Below are positions 37,433 through 47,123 of a DNA stretch of 64,000 bases, in pieces (position 1 is the first letter of the stretch; every line of letters begins with the position of its first letter). A model generated the notes under the pieces. The model made no database searches. It was given only the letters and a program-made list of their open reading frames with translations, and had not been told where the DNA came from. A program made the position numbers and the translations under genes. Source of the DNA: Chitinophaga sp. (GTDB lineage Bacteria; Bacteroidota; Bacteroidia; Chitinophagales; Chitinophagaceae); NCBI RefSeq assembly GCF_017745275.1, contig NZ_JAGHZS010000001.1:1353449-1417448 (forward strand), written 5' to 3'.

Positions 37433-38545
37433 ATGAAAAGGTTTTCCATACTGGTTGCCCTCTTCGTTCCGGTATTGCTGAACGCGCAGGCGAAACTCAG
37501 CCAAACCGTGATAGACGACTTCTCCAACCGGGTAGCCGCCCACTACCAATTACCCCATGATTCCATTACCGGCTACATTGCAGAACAGCTCACCCGCAGC
37601 GGTAATGCCGGTCTGGATATAGATTCTACTGTTTTTGATCTGAAAAAAGATCCTACGGCTTTTGATGCAGCCCTGAAATACCTGTACCAGTACAGCGACT
37701 GTAACCGCCAGCGGTTTATTGCCAACCTGCGTAGTATGGAGCTGCAAACCAACAGCGTGTTTCCCATCGCCACCTATACTGCCAATAAATTTAAGGGAGA
37801 TGTAAAGGCCCTGATGGACGATAAAAAAGATTTTCTGACCACCTATACCGGCCCTGTTACCGGCAAAAAGCCACCTGCCACCATTGCAGAAGTAGCTGCT
37901 GCCAACCAGGCCGCAACCAGTGCACCGGCACATACCAGTGTGGATAACACCAGCGAATCCGCCGCCAGCAATAGTGTTGCCGAAGCAGGTAATACTACCG
38001 CCACTGCCGCAGCAGCACCGGCCGCAGATACCCGCAACTGGGAAGTACGTCCCCTGTTCCAGGTACGTAAACCAGAACAATTGCTGGAAATGTATGGCGC
38101 CAACAACGTTACCCAACACGACGCTATTAACCTGGCAGGCGACAAAGACGGAGAAGCTTACCTGATCTATCCTGATACAGACAATGAGCTGGAAGTACAG
38201 TTTGACGGCGATAATGGAAATATCCTGACCTTTTCCCATTATCCTTCCAAATGGAAATCACCATATGGCATCAAAGCCGGCGATCCCCTGGATAAACTCA
38301 TCAAAGTAAATGGCCGTCCTTTTAAAATAAATGCTTTTGAATGGACCAACGGCGGCATGGTTTCCAGTTGGAACGGTGGCGCGCTGGAAGGCAAAGGCGT
38401 TGTTATTGTGCTGAAAGCCAACAATACTGGCGATCCCAAACAATACGACCAGGTAACCGGCGATAAAACTATCCGCTCGGACATGCCTGCCTTAAAGAAA
38501 CTGGACGTAATTATTGAATCTGTAGCATTTAAAGCCGCTAACTAG
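37433..38545 (+). CDS. Hypothetical secreted protein with an Ala/Thr/Ser-rich linker
   Basis: It has the signal peptide MKRFSILVALFVPVLLNAQA. The ATG at 37415 is an alternative start, and the track ORF begins with GTG at 37352. Confidence 0.55.
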   Translation: MKRFSILVALFVPVLLNAQAKLSQTVIDDFSNRVAAHYQLPHDSITGYIAEQLTRSGNAGLDIDSTVFDLKKDPTAFDAALKYLYQYSDCNRQRFIANLRSMELQTNSVFPIATYTANKFKGDVKALMDDKKDFLTTYTGPVTGKKPPATIAEVAAANQAATSAPAHTSVDNTSESAASNSVAEAGNTTATAAAAPAADTRNWEVRPLFQVRKPEQLLEMYGANNVTQHDAINLAGDKDGEAYLIYPDTDNELEVQFDGDNGNILTFSHYPSKWKSPYGIKAGDPLDKLIKVNGRPFKINAFEWTNGGMVSSWNGGALEGKGVVIVLKANNTGDPKQYDQVTGDKTIRSDMPALKKLDVIIESVAFKAAN

Positions 38546-38580
38546 TTGCACTTGTCGATCCGGATAATTATCTTGTTGTA

Positions 38581-39045
38581 ATGAAACAATTTGTATTATC
38601 CGGATGTCTGCTTTTCCTCGCACTGGTTGGTATTTCTATTAACATGAACGGACAAACGAAGCGATATCCCTCGTTGAACCACATGGCGCTGTACGTGGTG
38701 AACCTGGAGCGCAGTACTATTTTCTACCGCGATATTATTGGGTTGGAATCTATGCCGGAACCATTCAAAGATGGCCGTCATAGCTGGTTTAAAGTGGGAG
38801 ACCATGCACAGGTACATATTATTTCCGGGGCCACACAAGCTACTACCCACGATAAAAATACGCACCTCTGCTTCAGCGTGCCTTCTATGGCTGACTTTAT
38901 AAAAGTATTACAAGCCAATAACGTTGCATTTGAAGACTGGCCAGGTAAAGTGGGCGCTATCAACAAAAGAGTAGACGGCGTACAACAGATCTACCTGCGT
39001 GATCCGGACGGCTACTGGCTGGAAATCAACGACGATAAATACTAG
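38581..39045 (+). CDS. VOC (glyoxalase/bleomycin-resistance/dioxygenase) family protein with a signal peptide
   Basis: 154 aa. It has the LNHMALYVVNLERSTIFYRDIIGLE beta-alpha-beta-beta-beta module and a C-terminal RDPDGYWLEI motif. Confidence 0.8.
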   Translation: MKQFVLSGCLLFLALVGISINMNGQTKRYPSLNHMALYVVNLERSTIFYRDIIGLESMPEPFKDGRHSWFKVGDHAQVHIISGATQATTHDKNTHLCFSVPSMADFIKVLQANNVAFEDWPGKVGAINKRVDGVQQIYLRDPDGYWLEINDDKY

Positions 39046-39047
39046 AT

Positions 39048-39782
39048 TTATTTCAAATCCTTTTCCAGGGCGGCGGCTTTGGCCGCTGCCGCTGCATCAG
39101 CCGGAATTAATTTCAGCCATACCCGCGCTTCCTTCCTGTTTTGCTGCTGTGCGTAGTATAACGCTATATAAAATGCGGCATCATATTTAAAAATCGATTC
39201 TCCTTCAAATACTTTCTTCAGATCTTCCAGGCCACTGGCAGTTTGACCGGTATGCGTGGCGGCTATCCCCCGGTAGTAAAGTGCCATCTGGCTGCTGCTG
39301 TCGGTTTTGAGATAAGTATCCAGCAACGGGATCACTTTCGTATAGTCCTTCTCGTTAAAATACAGGGCGGCAGACTGTAACAGGCTGTCTGCATTATTTC
39401 CCCGTTCTACGGCTACCTGCATTTCAATATTACCGTAGGTTTCCATGTAGTTGGTATCCCTGGTATAAAAGCGGAATAGCAATACACCCGCCAGTATGGC
39501 TGCAACTGCACCAACAGCCGTCAGGTATTTCTTTATCGACACCACTTTGCCGGTACGGCCAAAATGCCCGGGGCGTTGCTCCTGCAAGGTTTGCTTCAGT
39601 GCATCCAGCTGTGGGTCAGGCTGCAGCCGCGCAGACAAGGTAGTTTTTACCTCCCGGTACTGTGCCAATGCTGCTGCCAGCGTAGCATCCTGCTGTAATG
39701 CCAGCTCAAACTGCTGCCGTTCTTCCGGCAGCATGTCTCCGTCTTCATAACGGATAATATCTTCATGATTATAAGCAGCCAT
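39048..39782 (-). CDS. Putative anti-sigma factor: cytoplasmic N-domain, one TM helix, periplasmic TPR-like domain
   Basis: Its ATG lies 3 nt after the stop of the ECF sigma gene. It has the TM helix AVGAVAAILAGVLLF and C-terminal TPR-like repeats (ALYYRGIA..., AAFYIALYYAQQQ). Confidence 0.6.
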   Translation of the reverse strand: MAAYNHEDIIRYEDGDMLPEERQQFELALQQDATLAAALAQYREVKTTLSARLQPDPQLDALKQTLQEQRPGHFGRTGKVVSIKKYLTAVGAVAAILAGVLLFRFYTRDTNYMETYGNIEMQVAVERGNNADSLLQSAALYFNEKDYTKVIPLLDTYLKTDSSSQMALYYRGIAATHTGQTASGLEDLKKVFEGESIFKYDAAFYIALYYAQQQNRKEARVWLKLIPADAAAAAKAAALEKDLK

Positions 39783-39785
39783 ACC

Positions 39786-40376
39786 TTAAATTTTCTGAGC
39801 CTGAATATATGATAACAGCGTAGCCATGCACTCGGATTTTTTTTTCCGGAGATAGCCATAAGTAACTCCCATTGCTGCTGCAATTTTTTCCTGGGCCTCA
39901 CCTGTGAGCGACAAGCGGAGTATTTCCCGGCACTTCTCCCCCAGTCTTTCGAACTGGGTCAATATCATGCCTGCCTGCGCTTCATTCTTTAACACCTGCT
40001 CTGCCGCAGCAAATACATCTTCTCCTACTTCATATACATCATCCAGCCGTTTTGTTACCGGTTGCCGGCCTCTTTTTTTTATTTCGTTGAGCCATTTCCG
40101 TTTACAGATCAATAAAAAGAAAGGTTCAAACGGGCAAGTCAGTTGCAGTTGCTTATACTTCGCCTGGTTATATACATCTATAATAGCTTCCTGGAAAATA
40201 TCTGCCGCATCATCTTCCGTACCCTGGTGCTGCAGAATATGGTGTTTGATTTTTCCGGCAAAGCGCTGGTAGATCTCCTGTACTAATAAGGTATCATTTC
40301 TTAAGAGGCCGTCGAGATATCGCTGATCGGGGTGAATACTCATCTGCGCTTGATTTGCATTGGTTGATAGGAACAT
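39786..40376 (-). CDS. RNA polymerase sigma-70 factor, ECF subfamily
   Basis: Region 2 reads DIFQEAIIDVY and the region 4 HTH reads QEKIAAAMGVTYGYLRKKKSECMATL. The ATG at 40343 is an alternative start. Confidence 0.85.
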   Translation of the reverse strand: MFLSTNANQAQMSIHPDQRYLDGLLRNDTLLVQEIYQRFAGKIKHHILQHQGTEDDAADIFQEAIIDVYNQAKYKQLQLTCPFEPFFLLICKRKWLNEIKKRGRQPVTKRLDDVYEVGEDVFAAAEQVLKNEAQAGMILTQFERLGEKCREILRLSLTGEAQEKIAAAMGVTYGYLRKKKSECMATLLSYIQAQKI

Positions 40377-40494
40377 CCCATGTCTAAAAATACATCTTTC
40401 TAAAAAAAAATTATCAAAAGGGGGGTAACAAAATAAAAGGGTGGTTGATCTACTATCAAACAGGCAAAAAATTATTCAACAAAAAAATATTTTT

Positions 40495-41598
40495 ATGAAA
40501 CCTATCTCTTTAAAAACAATTACCTGTCTGGCTGCAGCCACTATGATGTTTTCTTCCTGTAGAAAAAATGACAGCCATGAAGTAGCGCCTGATAAAGGCC
40601 TCGACGGAAAAATGCTGGCCGAACTATTCAGCAAAAACGCGCCGAAATTTGAGCACTTCACCATAGATGGTGCCGCTGGTGGTACCATTACCACCAGCAA
40701 AGGCACCAAATATAATATTCCTGCCAACGCTTTTATGACGGCCAATGGCGGACTGGTATATGGTCCCGTAGATATCAGTATCAAGGAGATGACCAATGTG
40801 AGCGAAATGATCCTGGCGGACAAACCTACGATGACATCGAATGGACAGTTGCTGGTATCTTTTGGAGAGTTCTTTGTAAAAGCGGCACAGAACAACCAGG
40901 ATCTTTCCCTGCGACCGAAGAATGACACCGGCAAGGGAATCCGCGTACAGGTACCTGCCAAACCCCGCGACAATGTGGCCAACGGCGTGAAAGAAGTGCC
41001 TATGTGGAGCGGCGACACCACTGTTACCTTTACACAACATGGCTTCAATTATATTAATCAGCCGGTTACTATCACGTCTCAACAAAGAGTACAACAGGGA
41101 GTGCTATGGAACCAGGTACAAAGCAGCTACGCGATATTCAACAGTACAAACGGTACCATGAACTTCCGCCTGGATAGCCTGATCCGCTGGATTAACTGCG
41201 ATGGACTCGCCAACATGCCGAATCCGAAAACCACCGTGATGGCTTATTTCACTAACAATTTCAACCCCGTAACTTCCTCCAGTTATGGAGGTGAACAACC
41301 CAGCATGTTGTTTTTCAAACCTAAAAACTTTAATACAATTGTGAAATTCTACAACGTGATCCTCAACGCACCAGCTGGTAAAGAAGGTTTCCATAGCTAT
41401 CAGACTTCTATCCCGGTAGGACTGGAAGGTACCTTCCTCGCCATCAGCGCTGTAGGCGGACAATTATATGCAGAGCAAAAAACAACGACCATCGGCACTC
41501 CCGCCGCAGGAGACAACTATACAACCGTAAGCTTTAACCTACAACCAGTAAGTGCTACAGATTTGCTTACACTGATTACAAGTATGAACGCCAAATAA
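40495..41598 (+). CDS. Hypothetical lipoprotein
   Basis: The start is at the ATG at 40495 (MKPISLKTITCLAAATMMFSSC, a lipobox). No recognisable domain. Confidence 0.6.
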   Translation: MKPISLKTITCLAAATMMFSSCRKNDSHEVAPDKGLDGKMLAELFSKNAPKFEHFTIDGAAGGTITTSKGTKYNIPANAFMTANGGLVYGPVDISIKEMTNVSEMILADKPTMTSNGQLLVSFGEFFVKAAQNNQDLSLRPKNDTGKGIRVQVPAKPRDNVANGVKEVPMWSGDTTVTFTQHGFNYINQPVTITSQQRVQQGVLWNQVQSSYAIFNSTNGTMNFRLDSLIRWINCDGLANMPNPKTTVMAYFTNNFNPVTSSSYGGEQPSMLFFKPKNFNTIVKFYNVILNAPAGKEGFHSYQTSIPVGLEGTFLAISAVGGQLYAEQKTTTIGTPAAGDNYTTVSFNLQPVSATDLLTLITSMNAK

Positions 41599-41637
41599 CG
41601 GCCTGTTATCCGTTTACACTTACTCCCAAAAAAGAAA

Positions 41638-41672
41638 CGCAATAAGTCGATCAACACGGTTGACTTATTGCG
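41638..41672 (+). terminator. Hairpin after the lipoprotein gene (11-bp stem)
   Basis: The stem CGCAATAAGTC...GACTTATTGCG is followed by CATTTTGT. Confidence 0.55.
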
Positions 41673-41706
41673 CATTTTGTATAATCTTTATTTATATTTA
41701 TGACAT

Positions 41707-43692
41707 ATGCGATACGCCGTCCCTGTCCTGACACTATTACTGTTACTTAGCAGCATTTGCATGGCGCAAACGCCCGCTACCCCCACATTTCCACTGGATA
41801 CTGTTCCCGCCGGAATTATAATACAGGGTACAGATGATAGTCTGCAACTGGTAGCACAGCTACGCCCACTGCGGCAAATAGCCGGAGCTCCCACTTCTTT
41901 TTACACTTACTTCTGGGAACTGGGAGATGGCACTTTCAGCTTCAACAAAACACCGGAGCTGCATTACAAAGACACTGGCACCTACCAGGTACGGCTATAC
42001 GCTACTAACAACTATGATGACGGGAAAGCACCGCCTACCAAACCCCGGCCTATAAAAATCAGGAAGCCGGTAAAAAACAGCGCCTGGGCTTCTCATTTTT
42101 TTCATGGTGGCGGTAACATAGAAATGAAGATCAACCGCAATCCCAAGCCGGGAGAAGACTTTATGGCTTTAATCGGCTACCGCAATATTGGCGGTGATGT
42201 GGGCAGCGGTACCCTGCTTTTATTCTATAATGAAAAAGAGTTTGGACACGCGGCTTTCAACCTCGCTGAAAAAAGAAGCTATCACGGAGAAGACAGCAGC
42301 TCACTCAATGCCTTGCTGGCACAATTGGAAACACCCGCCCAACCGGACATCGCTTTTGCCAAAGGTCCCTATGCCGCCCCTCCGCTGGCTGGCAGCAACG
42401 CCGCCACCAAGGCTATGCTACAGGCGATGCAGGAAACGTATAGTCATCACACTGTATTGCATTACAGCAACATAGACAAAGCCGCAGAACAGTTTCTGTT
42501 CCTCAATATGCATACCCTGCCGGAAATGGTACAGGATACCAATGCCACCGTTACCATGACAGCCATGCTGGTGCCCGACAACCCATTGATGGCACCAGAA
42601 TCATATGCCCTGGAAATGGCCGTGGTAAACTCTCACGACCCTAACCGGCTGCAATTAAAAAAGCACCGTATCAACTATCGTTTTATGGGGAAGAAAAAAG
42701 AACTGACCTATAAAATACAATTTCAAAATACCGGGCCCGGACCCGCCAAAAGAGTGGCGATAGGTATTGCTATACCCAGGCAGTTGAACACCGAAACCAT
42801 ACAGCTAAAGGAAATCAGTCCCGCCTGCATTTCCTGCGACTCTGCCTATGCACAACAAAGCTGTATTGACACCGTGCGCACGAAAGACAGTGTATACTTT
42901 GTATTCCGGAATATTTATCTGCCGGGGTTACAGCAGGAAGGTGTTACAGATGAAGACTCTACCAAAGGCTTTGTACGCTACTCGATTTTATTTAAGAAGA
43001 AGCCTAAAAAGATTCCGTTCAGCAGCAGGGCTGCTATCATATTCGACAAAAACGAACCTATTTATACCAACCGCGCTACCGCCAGGTTTATCAAAGGTAT
43101 TTCACCAGGTATCGTTGCAGGTTATACGATTTTAACTAACAGCAAAGACTATACGCTAAAAGGCCCGCTGCAGCTGGGTGCTGTACTGGCTCCTTATGCG
43201 CCGGACCGCCCGTATTTCCAGGTAGAAGCCTATGCCGGTATTATGGAAAAAGAAACCACAGAAACACCCATTACACGTGAAAAACGCGATACGCTGGTTG
43301 GCGGGGAAACTTATTTAATCGGCGGCCGGAACAGCATTATCACTCATTCGCGTCAATCACTGCAACTGGTTCCACTTCATTTCCGGTACAATATCAACAA
43401 CTGGATTGGTATTGGGGTAGGCGCTATGGCACAAATCAATATTCACAACAGCACTTCTACTGAAGCGAAAGTATATCTGGCGCATATACAAACGCCGAAC
43501 GTACTTGCCAAAACAGTCAGTAGTACGCTAAAAGATAATCCCAAATGGTTCGCCGACTTAAACGCCGCTCCATTTGCCGATATACAGGTGGGAAAAATAA
43601 AAAGCGGTCCTGCTATTGGCTTCCGCTATCTCCACCAGGTAAGTGGCGACACCAAAGATCGATTCTTCCTGTATGCCATCTACAAATTATAA
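41707..43692 (+). CDS. PKD-domain protein with an HDPN/DUF11-like repeat domain and a beta-barrel-like C-terminal region
   Basis: It has a signal peptide and the PKD signature YFWELGDGTFSFNKTPELHYKDTGTYQVRLYATN. The SHDPNRL...YKIQFQNTGPGPA pattern is also present. The C-terminal ~200 aa show alternating hydrophobicity and end in YAIYKL. Confidence 0.7.
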   Translation: MRYAVPVLTLLLLLSSICMAQTPATPTFPLDTVPAGIIIQGTDDSLQLVAQLRPLRQIAGAPTSFYTYFWELGDGTFSFNKTPELHYKDTGTYQVRLYATNNYDDGKAPPTKPRPIKIRKPVKNSAWASHFFHGGGNIEMKINRNPKPGEDFMALIGYRNIGGDVGSGTLLLFYNEKEFGHAAFNLAEKRSYHGEDSSSLNALLAQLETPAQPDIAFAKGPYAAPPLAGSNAATKAMLQAMQETYSHHTVLHYSNIDKAAEQFLFLNMHTLPEMVQDTNATVTMTAMLVPDNPLMAPESYALEMAVVNSHDPNRLQLKKHRINYRFMGKKKELTYKIQFQNTGPGPAKRVAIGIAIPRQLNTETIQLKEISPACISCDSAYAQQSCIDTVRTKDSVYFVFRNIYLPGLQQEGVTDEDSTKGFVRYSILFKKKPKKIPFSSRAAIIFDKNEPIYTNRATARFIKGISPGIVAGYTILTNSKDYTLKGPLQLGAVLAPYAPDRPYFQVEAYAGIMEKETTETPITREKRDTLVGGETYLIGGRNSIITHSRQSLQLVPLHFRYNINNWIGIGVGAMAQINIHNSTSTEAKVYLAHIQTPNVLAKTVSSTLKDNPKWFADLNAAPFADIQVGKIKSGPAIGFRYLHQVSGDTKDRFFLYAIYKL

Positions 43693-43717
43693 TTAATACT
43701 ATCTTCAGCTATCATAA

Positions 43718-46366
43718 ATGGCTGAAGTAAAATCATACGCTCCCCTGACCAAACACCTGCTGCTATTATTGGCAGCAGCGGGCCTTTTCATCTGTTGGCA
43801 AACGCCTGATACCACCAAACGTCCGCTGGCCGCCTGGATTTATGCGCAAATTCAGCTCCCGGCAGCAACTCCCACCGCCAAAGCACAACAGCTCAAACAA
43901 GCCATTAACAACGCAGGCCGTACTCCCTCCAGCACCGAAGACATACAAGCCTGGCAGGATCTGCTCATTAACCTGGGATACGCCTTCCTCCAGAGCGGAG
44001 ATATCATTTCTTCCACAGATGCCTACCAGCAAGCCTTTGAATGGGCACGGCAACATAACGCAGTAACAGATCCCAGCCTCGTACTGGAATATATCCTTAA
44101 ACCACTGGGGAACAACTACACCCGGCTGGGCGACTACGAACAGGCCCTGTTTATTCACCGCATAGCACTGGAGTTTGCCCGCGAACTGGACGACCGGCAG
44201 GCCATGGCAGCTACTTACAGCAACCTGGCCAATACAGCCGCTAATATGGGCGATTTACCACAGTCGCTGGTATATTGCCGGAAAGGGCTGCAACTGGCCG
44301 ACAAACACAGCGCAACCTATGGGCTACTGCTGTCAGAACAGGCCGATGCCTGTCAGCAGTTACAACAATACAGCGCCGCCAAAAAAAGTATTCAGCAAAG
44401 CATCACCATACTACGGCAACAGCCTGCGGCCAACACGGAAGCTGCACACTGGCTGTTCATGGCCTATCAGCAAGCCGGCGATATCTATCTCTCTACACCT
44501 GCTATCGCAGCACAATATTACCGGCAGGCCGCCGCGATGCCGGAAAGCAAACGCACCTTACGCCAACGGGAACAGGCCCGCCTGTTTTTACGCATGGGCA
44601 AATTACAGTTGCTACTGCAGCAACCACGGCAAGCCCTCGCACTGTTAGATAGCTGCGCACACATACTACTACCGGGAAAGGATATACGCCGCCTGAGTAA
44701 CCGGGATATCTACGGAGAATATACATTGCTGGACCTTTTATTTACTACCGCCGGTGCTTATCAATCCCTGCAGGAACCTACTACCGCATTAACACTTTAC
44801 CGGCTATGCTTTGCTACTGAACGGGAGCTGCGGCATCAATACGTTTCTGCCGCGGCAAAAGAAACTGCTATTTCGGATAGCCGTTATCGTTATGAAACAG
44901 CGATCCACCTGGCATGGCGCTGCTGGCAAACTACGCACGACCCGCAATACCAGCAGGCCATGCTGCAGTTCATGGAAAACAGTAAGTCGCAATTACTCTG
45001 GGAGGAAATGCAGCAGCAAACACATTACGCCGGCAATGACACCTTGCATAAACGCATTCGTCTGCTGGAACAGGCACAGCTATACTATCGCAAAGAAGCC
45101 CTGCAAACGGGACACCCGGATAGCTTACTGCAACAGCGGGAACAGCGGATCTCCTGGGACCTCGCCACCCTGCGAAAAAAAATACACCCGGCTCCCGGTA
45201 CAGATACCGACGTATTCCCGTTAGATAGCATCCTTCGCATACTTGCCCCCCAGCAACTGATCCGCACATTTTTTACTGGCCAGCAGACGCTTTATACCGT
45301 GGAGCTAGACCAACACGGCATTCGGTATATCGATAGCAGCGCTATTGACGGCAACAACATCCTGCGTTTTTCGCAACAATACTTTGAAACCGGGCCACAG
45401 GCCATGCTGAATAATCCTAAGGCCTATTATAACGCCGCCTACCAGTTGTATACGCAACTGTTTGCACCGCATCCGCTGCAAGCAGGCTATACTTACCTGC
45501 TGATGCCCGATGGAGCGCTGAGCACATTGCCAATAGACGCACTGGTGAGCAATGCCCGCTATACACCCGCCATCGGGAAGTGGCCCTTCCTGGTAAAACA
45601 GGCCACTATTTCCTATGCGTATTCATTACGTACGTGGTGGCTACAAATGCAGGCAACAGCCCATCCGAAAGGATTCAGCGGCTTTTTCATTTCACAGCAA
45701 CAAGCCGGGCTGGCAAACCTGCAAGGCGTAAAAAAAGAACAGGAAAGCCTGCAACCTATCATTTCCAACGGTCGTTGGTATGTGAACGAACAAGCGCACA
45801 CCACTGCATTCCGGCAGGCATTGGGACAATCAGCTGTAGTGCATATCAGTACACATGCGTTCACTCAAAAAGACAGCTCCGCCGCGCCACATATTATGTT
45901 GTACGACGCCCCGTTTTACCTGTTTGAATTAAGTGGTCTATCACAACATCCTTCACTGGTGGTACTAAGTGCCTGCAAAACAGGCGACGGACGCCTCGTA
46001 ACCGGTGAGGGCATACAAAGTATGGCCCACGCCTTTATGGCTGGCGGTACACCTGCCGTAGTAGCTGCCGGCTGGAATGTAAACGATGCCACAGCCCCGT
46101 TGCTGATGCAGTCGTTTTATACCCAACTGTTGAAACAAAATAATGCGGCGGTAGCGTTACAGCAGGCTAAAATTAACTGGCTGAACGACCCGGCTGTCAG
46201 CGATCTGCATAAACTCCCCTATTATTGGGCAGCATTGAGCTTCCAGGGGAATACAAAGGCCGTAGTATTACAGGCTCCCAGGCATTATTGGTATTGGGCC
46301 CTGTTATTAATTCCTGCGACCATCGCCGGATGGTATTTTACACGAAAGAAATCTATCCGTAGCTGA
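43718..46366 (+). CDS. TPR-repeat CHAT-domain (caspase-like) protein with hydrophobic segments at both termini
   Basis: 882 aa. The candidate His/Cys dyad is VVHISTHAF and LVVLSACKTGDG. TPR-like repeats precede it, and the C-terminal TM helix WALLLIPATIAGWYF is followed by TRKKSIRS. Confidence 0.85.
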   Translation: MAEVKSYAPLTKHLLLLLAAAGLFICWQTPDTTKRPLAAWIYAQIQLPAATPTAKAQQLKQAINNAGRTPSSTEDIQAWQDLLINLGYAFLQSGDIISSTDAYQQAFEWARQHNAVTDPSLVLEYILKPLGNNYTRLGDYEQALFIHRIALEFARELDDRQAMAATYSNLANTAANMGDLPQSLVYCRKGLQLADKHSATYGLLLSEQADACQQLQQYSAAKKSIQQSITILRQQPAANTEAAHWLFMAYQQAGDIYLSTPAIAAQYYRQAAAMPESKRTLRQREQARLFLRMGKLQLLLQQPRQALALLDSCAHILLPGKDIRRLSNRDIYGEYTLLDLLFTTAGAYQSLQEPTTALTLYRLCFATERELRHQYVSAAAKETAISDSRYRYETAIHLAWRCWQTTHDPQYQQAMLQFMENSKSQLLWEEMQQQTHYAGNDTLHKRIRLLEQAQLYYRKEALQTGHPDSLLQQREQRISWDLATLRKKIHPAPGTDTDVFPLDSILRILAPQQLIRTFFTGQQTLYTVELDQHGIRYIDSSAIDGNNILRFSQQYFETGPQAMLNNPKAYYNAAYQLYTQLFAPHPLQAGYTYLLMPDGALSTLPIDALVSNARYTPAIGKWPFLVKQATISYAYSLRTWWLQMQATAHPKGFSGFFISQQQAGLANLQGVKKEQESLQPIISNGRWYVNEQAHTTAFRQALGQSAVVHISTHAFTQKDSSAAPHIMLYDAPFYLFELSGLSQHPSLVVLSACKTGDGRLVTGEGIQSMAHAFMAGGTPAVVAAGWNVNDATAPLLMQSFYTQLLKQNNAAVALQQAKINWLNDPAVSDLHKLPYYWAALSFQGNTKAVVLQAPRHYWYWALLLIPATIAGWYFTRKKSIRS

Positions 46367-46478
46367 TTCCTTCTTACACGCCTATATGATGAAATTATAA
46401 AGTCCGCTCCTGCATGCCCTAATCCGCTGATTTTTTCTTACATTCAGGGAAGAGAGTCTACCAGTCATACCCTGCTTT

Positions 46479-47114
46479 ATGTCATTACAACTGAATGTTC
46501 CCTTAGCGGAAAAAGAGCATGCTATAGCCAAAGGCGCCCAATGGGATCAGATCGCCCAAACCTGGTTTCTGCCGGAAGACCGATACGACCGGCTCATGGA
46601 AGTAGATCAGTGGATTCCTGAAAGGCAACCATCTATTATTCTACCTACCGAAATAACTATCGCACATGCACATACGTCTTGCTGGAATTGTCAGCACGAT
46701 AGCCAGGTGATTGCGATTGCGGGGAATTATTTTTTTGAGAAAGATATGAACGACCGGGATGAGCCGGTGTGGATGGAACAGGATTTCTTTACGTTATTTC
46801 AACAGATATCTGCCATTTCAGGCAATCTTCAAACTTTCCTGAGAGACTACTACCCTCACTATAAACCGGCGGCGGAAGGGCCTTATTGGTTAAATCACTG
46901 CCCTTCCTGCGGCCACACACAAACGGATGGCTCCCTCTTTGAAGATGCCGGCATTTTCCATCCAACCGGGAAAGAGGCCGCCAACCAATTGTTGCTTAAA
47001 AACTTTCAGCTTAAATATGCACCGCTGATCGATGCCGTTTATTCCCTGGGCGATCAGTTGCGACTGATCAATGAGTTTGCAGCACGGGGAGATACAGCAG
47101 AAGAGCAGGAATAG
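46479..47114 (+). CDS. DUF5710-like N-terminal domain protein with a CxxC...CxxC zinc-ribbon-like core
   Basis: The N-terminus LNVPLAEKEHAIAKGAQWDQIAQTWFLP resembles the short DUF5710 module seen on primase/topoisomerase-associated proteins. The cysteine pairs are CWNC and CPSC. Confidence 0.5.
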   Translation: MSLQLNVPLAEKEHAIAKGAQWDQIAQTWFLPEDRYDRLMEVDQWIPERQPSIILPTEITIAHAHTSCWNCQHDSQVIAIAGNYFFEKDMNDRDEPVWMEQDFFTLFQQISAISGNLQTFLRDYYPHYKPAAEGPYWLNHCPSCGHTQTDGSLFEDAGIFHPTGKEAANQLLLKNFQLKYAPLIDAVYSLGDQLRLINEFAARGDTAEEQE

Positions 47115-47123
47115 AAGAAATGC

